From: Vicugna vicugna
Taxonomy: Eukaryota
Assembly (NCBI GenBank): GCA_013265495.1
Contig: MU058781.1
Span: 2,830,158 to 2,894,157, forward strand
DNA length: 64,000 nucleotides
Reading direction: 5' to 3'
The position numbers and the translations under genes are program-made. Of the stretch, positions 50,723-64,000 are shown piece by piece. Every line of letters begins with the position of its first letter. Position 1 is the first letter of the stretch. The notes beneath the pieces were generated by a model that saw nothing but the letters and a program-made list of their open reading frames with translations, did no database searches and had not been told where the DNA came from.

Positions 50723-52064
50723 TAATTTGGTTCTTCTGCCTGAAAAGCCAAGTATATTTACTTCTTAGTTCTGATTTCCAATAAGTGGTTGACTTAATCC
50801 TGTATTCGGAGCTATTCAGAATACTAAGGCTTGTCTTCACAGAAAGTAGGACTTGCCTCAGGCAAAATGAGCGTAAGTGACCCTCACAGGTGGACAATCA
50901 CACATCTCAAGGTATGGGGGCACCAGCGGACACCCTGCCAGTCTCAGTGGCCTCCAGCTGTGCTGGGCCTCTCCTCCTTTTGGAATGCCTTGTGAGAACA
51001 TTCTAAAATGTTCTTTACTTCCTGCACATCTCTACCTCTTTCTAGTGAGCTACTTTTGTTTTTAACTTCTTCTCCAAAATATGTTAATCGGGAGGACCCA
51101 CTTCTTACTCAGTCTTACCTTCCACACCCTCATCTGCTTTAAGCAGACTTCTGCCCACACTTCCAGGCTTAGCTTACCCTCACCCCACCTTCAGGTGTGG
51201 TCTGAGAGCATTTTGGTCACATATCTCACTTAACACTTGGTCCTGCACTTTTCTGGTCATGTGTTTGTCCTTCACTATGAAACTCGAGATCTTCTAGATA
51301 AAGCAGTGTCTGATTTCTTCTATCACCCTGCAAAGTTACACTCAATACATTAAGAAAGAAGGCAAGATGGAAGAAGAGAGGAAGTTCGGATCCCAAGTAT
51401 TTATGTACGGGGGCTTGTAGAGGGGATAAGACGGTAGTTGAGTGGTTGGGGAAAGTAGTGGAGGCTGCTACCGACTGTGACAATGCAAGATTGACCTCAC
51501 AGCAACAACAATGGAGTCAGCCATGTGAATGATTTTGCCTTAGGTCAAGGACCTGTATGAAGCCCAGCCACAGAGGAAGAATACAGCATGCATCACCTAC
51601 CTGCACCCTTGTAGTTCTCATGGCCCTTTGGCAGAGATGGTGCTGATGCAGAGATGCTGCTGATTATCTGAGGCTGAAGCACTGTGACATTCAGGAAGGA
51701 CATGGGATAACATAATATCCACCTATATATCTATATCTATATTTATATCTATATCTATATAATGTTTGCAAATAGAGTCACTCATTATTGGCCTGCTGTG
51801 TATTAGGTATTGTTCTAGGGCTAGAAATACAATGGAATTGATTGATTAAACTGAATTAAAATAATACATATTTGTCTCTTCATCATACGTGACTATTATC
51901 AGGCTTTTCCTTAATATAAGAAAAAAATCATCCTCTTTTCTATTATCTAGTTTATCTTTAATATCTTGCACTATATGAATGATGAATGAATTCATATCAT
52001 GCAATATATGTCTTTTTACTGCTTCCAAAAATAGTTTTAAAATATTTCCTTCATATAGCCACTT

Positions 52065-52790
52065 TGTTGGTATCTTATAAAGCTAAATATAGTCTTACCA
52101 TATAAGCCAGCAATCATACATATAGGTTTTACTGAAATGAATTGAAAACTTATGTCCACATAAAAACCTGTACACAAATGTTTATAGTAGCTTTATTCAT
52201 AACTGCTAAAAATTGGAAATAACCAAGATGTCCTTCATAAGTAATTGGATACACAAACTGTGTTACATCCATACAGTGGAATATTACTCAGCATTTAAAA
52301 GAAGTGAACTATCAAGCCATGAAAAAACATGGAGGATCTTTAAATGCCTATTGCTAAGTGAAAGATGCCAATCTGAAAAGGCTTCATACTGCATGATTCC
52401 AACTATATGACATTCTGGAAAAGGCAAAACTAGGGAGACACTAAAAGAGGAGTGGTTCCCAGGGGTTGGTGGGGTAAGAGGGATGAAGAGCTGGAACAGG
52501 GAGGACCTGGGGGGCAGTGAAACTATTCTGTATGTATTGTAATGGTGGATACATATCATTATACATTTGTCAAAACTCATAATATGTACAACACAAAAAG
52601 TGATCCTAATGTAACCAGTGGACTTTAGTTAATAATAATGTGCCAATATTTTTTCCTCAATAATAACAAATGTACTACAACAGTGCAAAACGTTAATAAT
52701 GGGAGAAATGAGTGCAGGAGAGGATTTATGAGAACTTTCTGTACTTTCAGTTCAATTTGCTTTAAATTTAAAGCAGCTCTAAAAATTTTT
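52065..52790 (+). mobile_element. L1MC-like 3' end
   Basis: GAAAACTTATGTCCACATAAAAACCTG...GATTCCAACTATATGACATTCTGGAAAAGGCAAAAC...GGCAGTGAAACTATTCTGTATG. Confidence 0.88.
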
Positions 52791-52817
52791 AGATGCAGGG
52801 AAAAAAATCAGATTTCC

Positions 52818-52992
52818 AAGTTTCTGCTCTATAGCACAGGGAACTATGTTCAATATCTTGTAATAACCTTTAATGAAAAAGAATATGAAAATGAATATAT
52901 GCATGTATATATGTGACTGGGAGATTGTGCTATACACCAGAAATTGACATACTGTAACTGAAGGTACTTCAATAAAAAACAAAAACAAAAAG
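52818..52992 (+). mobile_element. Young lineage-specific (camelid-like) L1 3' end with TSD
   Basis: TATAGCACAGGGAACTATGTTCAATATCTTG...ACACCAGAAATTGAC...TTCAATAAAAAAC with an A-rich tail. TSD core CAGATTTCC, preceded by an A-run, at 52809-52817 and 52999-53007. Confidence 0.88.
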
Positions 52993-55900
52993 AAAAAACA
53001 GATTTCCTTCACTTTATCCCATTAACATTCTCAGAACATCTAAAGATCCATTTTCCTCCCAGTTTCCGATGCCTCATTTTTTTTAAGTTTAATTTTTATT
53101 GTGTGACTATCTGTTGGCAAAGTATACTGCATTTCCTCTTCCCTGAGTGAAAGGAGATATTTAATGCTGACTTCATGAAGACTTAGGAGGAAGTCAAGTC
53201 TATGAAATAAAAATATTTCTGAATGACTTTATTACAAATAGAGAGTGGAATGGGTTGGAGGTTCACACTTAATACTGTCATTCTTAGAGAATTTGGTCTA
53301 TACACATTCAATCTTGGCAGCTAGCTACTTGGGGGGCTTTTGAACTGGTATATCTTCAGAGATGTTCTGATTTATTTGATAAAATAAGGATGGGGAAGAA
53401 GAACATAATAGAATGCATTTTTTTTCTTTAATAAATTTCCACTTGAAAGGATTTTGAAAGTCTGGTCTCAAGATAATTCTGTAAATGGATTTCAAAGACT
53501 GTTACTCAGATTCCTGTTTTGTAGGAATTTGTAGAATTCCTGTGTTTTGTATAAAACTTAGGTTTTCTAATGTGTCAAATTAAGAGTCAGTTATACAGAA
53601 GCCTCAATTCATAATAAGACATTTTATAGCACTTTTAATTTGCAAAGGTGCTTTTCATGTTATGTGATTTGATATTCACAATCATTCTGTGAAAACTGTA
53701 GAACAGATGTTAACTACTAAATAAATAACCACAATTACTTGAAGTAAGAATACTCGCTATAGTGTTCTTCTGGCTTCTCTCTCAATCTTGATTTTGGCAG
53801 ATTTGGTTTCTTAGAAACCAAACCAAGAGAGGAGGTAAAGTCTATTTGTAAAATCATCAAAAATAAATCCTCCAATCTAAGGTCATTATGAAGATTCATT
53901 AAAATGAATGCTTCTTATTTTTTTCTTACTTCTGTCTTTGGTAAATAGCAATTCCGCATAACAAATGCTTGAATTAAAAAAAAACACCTTATTTCTCATA
54001 GATTATAACCAGAGATGAAAATAATACTTAATGCAAGTAAAAATGAATGCATAATCAGAAACAGGCATCTCCAAACACAAAATGTAGACTCGTATAGCAG
54101 ACATGGCTTCCCATTTGTCCTGTCCTCTCTTTTGAAACTGAACAGAAATGTGTGTTATTCTGTGTATATCCACGTGTTCTCCACCAGGGGCCTCTCTGCT
54201 AGAGTCAGTGACTCAGGTAAAGATTCAAAGGTAACGGTTAAAATTTCATATAGGATGTTGGAGAGCCTGCAAATTAGCTGTTCATTTCTGGAAGCCTTAT
54301 TGGACAATGCATCATCCATCTGGCTGCTGTGTGGAATTTCCAGCAGCACTGATGATGACAACTGATGCCTAGAGAGGTGGGGTGACCAAATCAATGAGCT
54401 CTGTTTTTAACCTATCAATCCTCACATGTCTTCAGACTCAGTAATTCTCCACAGGGAAATCCATCCTGTTTTTCAGGGTGGGACTTTCTGAGATCATAAT
54501 TGTTTGAGTCTGGATTTAGGCCCAGACTGGACAAAAGTTGAGTACAATCACTCGGATTCCAATCCTGGATATCTATTGGAGGTTTCTGTACTCTAGGGAG
54601 TGGGTTCATTCTTCTACTCTTGACCTTTTAGTTCATTACTGTATCTACACGTCAAAAGTCCAGATATTTTTAATACAAAATATTTGCTATTAAAGGCTTC
54701 ATGTTTTGTAAACATTGATCTTTTTGGCTCCTGACTTATTTCATATGGAGAGAAAACAAAATGTTGGCTCATTATCTCCTCTTTCGAGGCATGTTAAATT
54801 ACACATAAACATTAGAATGCTACTAAGTGTACACTTATTTTGGGGCTGAAAAAGCAAATGTGGTATATTAGAATCACGAAAATGTTTTCTTTTTCCTGAA
54901 TCCATTGCCCATTTATGGTGCATTTATTTAAGCAAGAGTCTCTTTAAATACTGAAGGACATTTTTACTGCCTCCCCTTCTGGAAAGGCTGGAGTCCTTAG
55001 GGCCATCTTAGATCTGCAGAGCTGGGTGGGTGCATTTCCTCATTACCCTAGAGGGTTTTGGAATCCACTACAGATTTTTTTTCTAGAGAAAGTTGCTGGT
55101 CTTTGAAAGAAAAATCCTCTAAGGTAGTAAGTATCTTTATGGGATGAGAAATTGCTGGGGGATGCTACCAGGAAATCAATCAACACAGCCTTCCTACTCT
55201 AAAGATGTCTACAGGCCAGTGGAGAAGAAAGATGTACTTCCACTAACACCAACAGGAGAGTGCTAATCATCATCACTTGCAAAAATGATGTCAACATCCA
55301 GCCCAGAGGAGGAAATGATTATTTTTTGCCTAGGTGGGGTGGAGTGGAGGTGCCATCTACGTCTGGAGAGATTTGGACCTCCCTTTCTTGACAGATGAAT
55401 TCACTGCTGGATATAACAGTAAATTCCTATAGTCAGAAAGAAACAAGCACACAGCACTCTACTTACACATTCTCTGAGGATAATACTGAGAAAGATCTCC
55501 GTAGATGTGGAAAAAAAACCTCTCCAACATAAATAGATAAAACCACATGCAACATAGCTTCACAGATTTCTAAACCTTCCTCCTTTGATTTTCTTCCACA
55601 GCAAAATTTAAGTCTAGTGGGAAACTCTTTCATGTACTTCCTAAGATTAGTGGAAAGTTTGCAGCTTTCCTGGGGTGTCAGTGGTAGTCTTCTGTCGAGA
55701 GCACACTTATATCTAGGGGTCCTTCTGACAGCGGAAGGCTCCTTCTCTTGCTTCTCCTCACAGGGCTTACCTGGGACTGAGTTCCCCCTGCAGGGAACAG
55801 GAAGGGTAATTCATGTTTAGGGTGCTGTGTTACATGTAGCCCTAACTGATGCCATCCCCGATGTCCTCCACCATCATCTGGTGCTGAACTGCATTTTAGG

Positions 55901-58900
55901 AGCCCACAGTCCTCTGCAGTCGTTTAGCCCAATTCCTGAAAGAGAGTGAGTTGCCAAACCGCACTGCATTACTATTACTACCATTACTGTTTCTATTACT
56001 CCTAAACCACAAGGAACAGCATGTAGACCTTTGGGAAATGAGGTCGTGTTCATGTCTTTACATTAGAAAAAGAAGAGTAATCTAATTTGTCCCCACTGTC
56101 CTAACCGGAGAGAAGGAACACTCCAGTAACACCAGCTATCATTTATAAAAATGGAGGCAAGTATACATTTATGTCACCTGCCTCTAGAACTGGCCCTGTC
56201 TAGTCTTCATCAGAAACTTCTGTCAAGGGAACATGAATTGAAAAGGGAGGAAAGGAAATACAATCTACAGTATCTATTTTAAATTAAAAATCTGCTCTGA
56301 AAGAAACAGCAAACTAATTTTGTATCCCTTCAGAGGATCAAACTTAGATACAAGGAAGACCTCTCTTAAAATTAAAATTGCTAAGCATGGGAGTGGGTTC
56401 CCTGTCATTGGTAGGATCATGCGGCAATTATATGTCTACCCAGAATGATGGATAATAGAGGAAAGTCAAGTTCAGTTCGAATATTGGAGTAGATAGTATA
56501 AGGCTACTCCCAATTTTGCTATCCAGTGAGCTACAGAAAAATAAACACAGGTATAATGAATTCTGCATGGAATAAATTAAAGGCAAGATGACAGATTATC
56601 TGACTTGGGGTTAAAGAAGGCAAGCAAATCATACACAATGAAAGTGGTCTTTGCCCAGTAAGGTGTGGGTAGAGCAGGAAGAACTGAAAAGTGGTAGGAT
56701 ATTGACATTTCCTTCTTTTCTGGAAATTGGATTTAGTGTGTAGAGGAAGTAACACACTGGACAGCTGTAGAATCTTCCCTGCCCTGTGCTTCCTGAAGAT
56801 TAGGACTTATCTACAAATGTATACATGTATACACACATGTCAGTGACTAGTGGCATGAGTCTCACTCACAGGTTGGCCAGTTTAATGGTTCATTTGCATT
56901 TGGAAACTTCCCTGAGAACCCTCTAAAGACACTCTAGGAATAAAAGAACAAACACACTGGCATAAGAGCCTCTAAACTGTGTGATTATGAGTCCCATATC
57001 TGAAAAATGTTCTGAATCTTCCCTTTCTCCCCTGTAAGAGGGAAACCATAGGAAGATTTTGTAAACATACCCGATAAAAGCCCCTCTATGGTTGCTTGTG
57101 TGTTCTTTCCTGTAATGTTAGAGGGAATCCAGGGTTTGTGTCTGCAGAGCTGCCCTTGCCAGGGAAACAGATGGCCTCATCAGAATGCAGCTGCATTAAG
57201 ACTCAGTGTCCCAGTTACTGAGTCTTCTGATTGGTCTACAACACACATGAATCTCTTTATAGCTAAGAAAGTTATTTTCTTCATACACGTCTATTGCACA
57301 AACATGTTTCTTAGCTGATTGTCAGATATAGAAGACTATATCCGGTTACCTGATTAGATCTTCTTGATAAAAAGAAAGCAATCTGGAGGAGAGACCATTC
57401 CACCCTCACAGAGAGCAGATGATATTAACAAGTCCTCTCTCCTCTTCCTGTGAGGAGTTCTCCAGGACTTAAGTATTTATTTCAAATAGGTATGTATTTC
57501 ATATTCTATGAGGCATCATATTTTTCTGTGAGTCACGTACATTCAACATGGGCTGCACTGCAAGTAGACCTGACACTAAAATTACCTAAATCTTTAAAGC
57601 CAGAACCACTCATCTGAATTCCCTGAACTTCAGCTATTATTGGAAGGTCTTTCTGAAGCAACCTAAATTCTTACTGTAAATTCAGATTTGTCCCAACCCA
57701 AACAAGTTACTTGAGTGATTTCTAAAGAGTATGTGAGCTGATACAGATTGGGTTAGGGCTATTTTGAGTCTGATAAAGATTCCCATGAGATATTGCCCCA
57801 TTTGTATAATCATGAGTTCATATGTTTATTAATTCAATAATCTAGCAGGCCAGCCTTTTTCATATAGATAAGTATTCTTCAAGGAATCATCTTTATCCAA
57901 TTTTTGTTTTATTTGTGATAAGTAACCTGACTTTTTCAGTCATGCTGTGGAGGCTGATATATCAAATTTGCTGATGTGCTCATCCAAGAAAAATCTGAAA
58001 TGTGGGAATTTCAAAGTGCGACATCTAATTATGAAGGTGAACATCTAATTATGAAGGCTCATTTCACATGCACCATTTAGTTTTTTCATAAAAGGTCTTG
58101 AAGTTTAACTCTCTGGAAAGCTTCATGCTCATTCTCTGCTCCGTCACTGTTTTTTTCTGTGCATGATATTAATATTTCCAGATTTTCTACTCTCTGCTTA
58201 GCATTAGCTAAGGTACACTATCCTTATATTTTACTTTTAAATTAATCTAAGGGTTCTGATTTTCATTAATTATTCCCACTAACTTAGCACACCATTTCCA
58301 AAAGACATTCCAGATTTTTTTAAGGCTTTTCCCTAATAACATCTTGCTTGAAAATAACATGATTTCAAGTGAAATCCATTTTGCTTTATTAGGTCTAGGG
58401 GTATATTTACGTAGTCTCTGGATAGGCAAATTCAGGCTTAGTTGGGTTAAAGCGGCCCATGTAACAAGGATTTCTGGATGTGATCTCCCCTGAATGTTTA
58501 TCCCTTATCCTTATAGCTGGGGCTGTCTGCCGGGTCGTTCAGCAACTCCAAAATGATTGTTTAAAGCAAGACAATGTGCTTATGTGTGGAGTGTACAATA
58601 TAAAGCCCAAACCTAGAAGACTGACACTTAAAACTTGACAGAAACATTCCTTTTGCAGTAAAATAAACAGTTTTCTCTTCTCCTAGATAAGGTAAAGTAA
58701 TTTTTTGATTAATCCATATGGTCTGTCCTCTTGCCTAGGAAACCACGAAAGACAACAACTTTCCAGTTCCCTTCCTCCAACTCTTCATTATCAATAAATG
58801 CCTGTGATATCAGCTGAGAGTGTTTGGCCCACACATCCGGCTTGTATCTTAATTGCAATAACTTCTTGTCACAAACAGCCAACGCGGTGATGTATGGAAA

Positions 58901-60661
58901 CACTTGATTTTTCTTCTCCTCCTCGTGCTCCCCCACACCTCCAGCCCCCTTCTCTCCTTTCCCCATTCCCAACCTCTCAGAGCCCGGAAAGTCTTGCAGC
59001 ATTCCTAAAACGTTACATAAGACACCAGAAGTAGATAACATTGTATGTTTCAAGTTTAAAATGCAGAATGTTTATGCATGTAGAGAGAAAAGAATGAAAG
59101 AATGTCCCCTTTCAGGAATCATATCTGAAATGACTGGAAGGTTGACAAGTGCTTCCCTTACAGTAAAAATGATGTTTAAGGAATTTCGGTGTTTTTTACT
59201 ACCTGGTATATGGCAAGTTCTTTGTTCTTTAAGAATAAATATTAAGGATCTCAGCGTCCACGTTACAGCCAGCAAGGCTGAGGTTTCCAAGAATTCATCT
59301 GAGGCAGGGGCAGTGAGAGTAGAATTTCAGATTCAAGAGCAGTGTCTTTGCGCTGAGAGCCAGTCTTCTTTTAATGGTAATGGAAGGAAAGGGATGGAGA
59401 ACACTGGTCTTCAAAGAAACGCAAGCCAGGGTCTCTCACTGGCATCCAATCATGTCTCTAATGCCTAACTTGCAGATATGGAGTTAGGTCTGTCCAATAC
59501 CCAGTTTTCAGTCACAGCTCCTCTTTCCATCTGTAATACAAGCCTGCTCTGAGAACAGAAGGAACTGTGCCATAACTTAGAAAAGGAGGTCATTTGGTTG
59601 GAAAATGGAAGTGCCAAAAAAAAAAAGTTTAATGTGTAAACATATTTGCCTGAATCAATATGCCATACAGAAATGGTTCTTGTGAGGCCTCCTGACCTTG
59701 CCCTTCCCTTTGGCGAAGTCAGCCGCAGCGGACATGCAGCCACACGGCTGAGTCCAACACAGTGCAACGGTCTCCAAGGCAACACTGGCTTAAGGTCATC
59801 CCAGTGCTGCCCAATTTCCAGGAAGCTTCTGGGCACTCTGTTCTTTGTGGTCTGGCATCAGGATGGAAAGTTTAACCTGAGCACAAGTGGAGGAGGCTGG
59901 TCAGTTTCTACTGACTCTGCATTCTTTTCTCTGGTGGGTCAGGTTTGTGAACAAGGATTGGCTCCCACCTATAATGTAAATATTTTTTGAAAGGTTTGTG
60001 GAGTGTAGACATGACCTCTGCCCACTGGACTTACCGCCCATCTAGATAAGTAGTAGGAGGAGGGAAGTGTGGTGGGCATCGTCTCTCATTTGCTTAGAAG
60101 GCGAAGTACCTTGGGAAGATGAGTGAAATAAAGAGGAAAGAATAACACAAAAAGTTTTGGGATAGTTTCCCCCCTTTGTCCCTGTTAGCCCCTATTCTTG
60201 TTTCTTTGCCATCTCCCTCAGTTTATTTATTTTATTTTTTATTAAGAGAGTTATGCTATGGGTGGGATTGGGGAGTGCTGAACATAATTGAAATAAAACG
60301 TAGTGTTTACTGATGAGTCCCCTCACAGCAATCACTTCCTTTTATTTTACTTATTTTTTTATCGAGATATGATGGACATGCAAAAAAAAATCTATACATA
60401 TTTAATGTATACATCTTGATGAGTTTGAGACAAGTACTTCTCTCTATTTTAAATATTATCTCAGCCAGGTTTTTTCTGAGGTTAATTTTTGCTTTTATTT
60501 GCCAGTGTAACTTAACTACAGTAGCTTGCAAACCTTTTCTGACCTAAAAAACACATTTTTACATCACAATCCAACACATACACACACATATATAACATAT
60601 GTATATGACTGAAACCAAAGTTTTACCAAAAATGTCTTTCCTGAGTTTTCTTGTTGTTAAA

Positions 60662-60945
60662 GAGTTTTGTTTTTTTTTTAAATAGCAGTTTTAGGTTTAC
60701 AACAAAATGGACAGGAAGGTACAGAAATTTCCCATATACTCCCTCTGCACACATATGCATAGTCATTTTTTTTTATTTACCAAAGTGGTACTTTTTTTTA
60801 AATAAAGATGAACATACTTTGACACATCATAATCACCAAAGTCCACAGTTCACCTTAGTTTGGACAAAAGTATAATTACATAGATCTCCATCATTATAAT
60901 GTCATACAAAGTATTTTCACTGCTCTAAAAAACTTCTGTACTCTA
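60662..60945 (-). mobile_element. L1MC-like 3' end fragment
   Basis: AGCAGTTTTAGGTTTACAACAAAATGGACAGGAAGGTACAGAAATTTCCCATATAC...GACACATCATAATCACC. Confidence 0.8.
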
Positions 60946-61094
60946 GAATGGCATATGGAATCTCTTTTTTCCCTTAAAAGAGGTTCAGAGCCTTCATGTC
61001 TATAAGACCACTCATCAGCCAGTTCTTTCTTGCATGAGTACTTTTACTTAATATCATTGACGCTATTTATTTTGCACATATTAATCAAAAGTTT

Positions 61095-61205
61095 GCAGAA
61101 CACTTGCTAAGCACCAGGCACTTGAAATAGACCTCATCTCCATTTTACAGATGAAGAAACTAAAGCTTAAAGAGATTAAGCAACTTGCTCGAGGTCATCA
61201 GAAAT
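61095..61205 (-). mobile_element. MIR SINE fragment
   Basis: CTCCATTTTACAGATGAAGAAACTAAAGCTTAAAGAGATTAAGCAACTTGCTCGAGGTCA. Confidence 0.85.
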
Positions 61206-61396
61206 TACCTTTAACTTGCTGCAAACCCTGAGAACTTAATACTGCAATACCCTTTCATGTCAGGGATTTACTTACGTCAGATGTACAGCTTCCATAAAGA
61301 GGTAATACCTAAGGCTACCTAAGGAGCTGAAGCCTTAATCATAATATAAGATTTTCTAATATTAAGGGATTTCTTGAAATAAATAATCTTCTAGGG

Positions 61397-61580
61397 CAGG
61401 AGCTGGAAAACTACAGCCCATGGTCCAAATCCAGTTCTTTGTCTGCCTTTGTAAATAAAATTTTATCAGAATACACTCATTCCTTTATGGATTGTCTATG
61501 GTTACATTAAGGCTATAATGATGGAGTAGACCATATGTTCTACAAAGCTGAAGTTATTGACTATCTGGCCTTTTACAGAT
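61397..61580. mobile_element. MER58A-like hAT-Charlie MITE
   Basis: AAACTACAGCCCATGGTCCAAATCC...TTTGTAAATAAAATTTTAT...TATCTGGCCTTTTACAG. Confidence 0.85.
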
Positions 61581-62078
61581 TGGTATAAAAGGGTTGATAT
61601 AAAATGAATCTGTCTACCTGTGTATTATATGCACTCAATATTTTACAGTGTTCATAATATTGACCTGAAGACTCCTTGCAACTTCTTAGGAGGCATCTAA
61701 ATCATAAAAGATGTAGGTCTACTTGATTGCAGCTTTAGGGTTAAGTATATTTTACATTATTCAAATTCACTTTAGGTAAACTTAGTACAGTTCTCTTAAC
61801 CAAACCAGCCTATTCCTTAAACATTCTGGATAAATAAAATCTTGTGAAAATATTCTACAATCTCTAGTGTATAGCTCCAATTGCTACAGTTAAAGGCTAC
61901 ATACTGGTCATGTACTCTGCAGATTTATTCATATTAAAGCATGGTTTGGGTTTCAATTTTGTTTTACAATCTCCCATTTGTACAATTTCAGTTGCTTGCT
62001 GTGGCTTTCGAATAAGAAACATATCTCTACTTCTTAGCTCATGAGATAGTTTTTGCATTCTTCTACATCTGAATCCTC

Positions 62079-62200
62079 AAATAATACAATGAGTAAAAGT
62101 CAGCTGTTCCTCTCCTTTCTGTAACATCTATTTTTCTTTAAATAATACAATGAGTAAAAGTCAACTGTTCCTCTCTTTTCTGTAACATCTATTTTTCTTT
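62079..62200 (+). repeat. 61-bp tandem duplication (2 copies, 59/61 identical)
   Basis: Copies at 62079-62139 and 62140-62200, compared base by base. Confidence 0.95.
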
Positions 62201-62600
62201 TTCCACTGATTCATTCCCATTAGCTTACAAACATGCTTTTATCTTCTCTGATCTTAAAATAAACAAAAAAGCATAAAAAAACAAAAAAAAAAGTCTCTTA
62301 ACCAAACTTTCTCTCTATGGTCCTGCTTCTTTATATCTCCTTGACATAAAATTCCTTTAGAACTTTCTTCAATTTCTCTTCTTGCTTCCCTTCTAAACTT
62401 TTATAATCAAGCCTTCACCCTCCCTACTCTAAATACGCTGCTAAAATTGTTCCCAAAGAGGCAGCAATGGTCTTAAATCCGTATTTCAACTCTCAATCCT
62501 CATGCTATGTGACTTACTACCTACAGCATCTGGTGTACCTGTTTGCTCTATTCTCTGATACTCCTTCTTCCCTTGGCTTCCAGGATGCCACAGTCTCTTA
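62160..62600 (+). mobile_element. L2 fragment
   Basis: TCATTCCCATTAGCTTACAAACATGC...CTTCTTCCCTTGGCTTCCAGGATGCCACA. Confidence 0.7.
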
Positions 62601-64000
62601 GAATCTTTGGTTTTGTCACAGTGTATACCTGGGGAATAAAGGAAACTGGGACATCTAACCTCATCTACATCACAAAACAAATTCACAGTACTGCTAACAG
62701 TGTACTATCTTATGTTATTTGAAAGCTTGTTAGAAAAATATGTTCATACTGAATGCAAATAATCACATTCCAATGCAAAAGTATCAAGTACTTTTAAGAA
62801 AATAACCATCCCTCATCCATATACTATGTATATAATGATTTTTCCTAAGGTGTTTAAAGAAGCCATAAGGTTTTTATTGGTAACGTGATGATAGTATTTC
62901 ATTCTACTGAGAATACAACATACTTTCGCGGAAGAGTTACTTACCTGGGTAGGTCACTGATTGAAAAGCACAGCCTGACATCTTTCTTCTTAACACTGTA
63001 TTTGACAGAAGTTGTAAAAAGACTCTTGGGAACATATCAGTGATGGGTACAGTGGTGGAAGGCCGTATTAGTAAAGCCATTTCAGAAGAAAGTCATTAGG
63101 ATTAGGATGACACATTAACCAGGGTGTTATCACCTCTGGTCACATAATATGTGGCATGTGTGTTAGGGAAGCCTTCTTTCCTACCTCCCCGCTCCTGGGT
63201 AGACAGAAGATAAGCCCATTGTGGATATCCACTAATACTTTGCAATGGAATGGAATTTTTTTAAGCATCCTGGTAAATTTTAACTGACTTACATTTGGTT
63301 TAAGAAGCATTTTTACTCACTTTCTCTTTCCTAGATCAAAACACGGTATGTGGTCAATAGAAATTAAGAATACCAAGTCTCAGAGTTATTCAAAACAGCC
63401 TTTGAGAAAACTGAAAATGATTTTACTCAGCATCTGCAAGTCTGATGAGAAGAAAAGCACGTATCAAGAGAGCACTGTAAACACTGTGTGAGAATGAGAC
63501 TGCGATTGTGATGTTCAGGGCTTCCTCTGGGTGGGTGACACGCTACCAAGACAAATGGCATTCTAGTCACTCAGCTGGCCAAAGTCTAAGATTATTATAT
63601 TAACCAATTTCCATCCTGTTCTTTTTCTTTATGGGTTTTAATGACTAGGCGAGATTCACTGTTTAATATTTAAACAAATGTTTTTATGCTGAGACAATAA
63701 GGCACTGTTGAGACTGGCTAGAACTGTTTAATATTCTCCAGTATGGCTGATTGCCATTCCTGCTGGAGTAAATGGCATGAGCTGACTTCTAGAAATGTTC
63801 AGAAATTAAAGCTCCCTCTTTGGTGACATGGGAGTGAATGGAATCCCCTTGAGTTGCACACATGGCATACCAGGTGTGTGTGGTCTGCCCCACAGGGTGA
63901 GTTCCTCTATTGTTCTGGCTCTTCTAGCAGAACACTGTTTAGTTAGCATCGCTAGTGTTGGCTAAACAGACTGGCTTGCTTCCATGTTCTTCTCTGCATT

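Noticed and set aside
54181..54194. CCACCAGGGGCCTC as a CTCF site
   Set aside because: Mismatch in the critical GGC part of the core, with no supporting context.
58709..59990. Cluster of 114-135 aa ORFs on both strands
   Set aside because: No recognisable domains, mutually overlapping antisense frames and no coherent splice structure; compatible with chance in locally higher-GC DNA.
62079..62200. Direct repeats considered as a CRISPR-like array (also the 21-mer pair at 37282/39373)
   Set aside because: Only two copies each, no regular spacers, no cas genes, and the DNA is mammalian.

Overview
AT-rich, CpG-depleted eutherian mammalian genomic DNA that reads as intergenic or deep-intronic. 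I found no recognisable protein-coding exon, tRNA/rRNA gene, CRISPR array or CpG island. The listed ORFs are best explained as chance ORFs, decayed LINE frames or microsatellite read-through. The window is a mosaic of old interspersed repeats (L2, CR1/L3, MIR, L1M 3' ends, MLT1/ERVL solo LTRs, a Tigger2-family element, MER5A/MER58) plus a few younger L1 3' ends. These younger ends resemble camelid/cetartiodactyl L1 3' UTRs as I recall them, and I saw no Alu, B1, BovB/Bov-tA, PRE-1 or Can-SINE, so a camelid source is plausible but is inference. There is a large purine microsatellite around a 112-N gap at 46994-47105. All repeat family names come from memory of consensus sequences, not from a database search, and many boundaries are approximate. 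The structures not explained by repeats are a 50-bp inverted repeat (49/50 identical, the single difference a U-G wobble on a + transcript) bracketing about 1.34 kb at 8275-9717, an exact 21-bp direct repeat 2.09 kb apart, a twin-palindrome/forkhead-motif cluster near 50.2 kb, and a young 61-bp tandem duplication. I see no convincing evidence of a novel multi-gene system.
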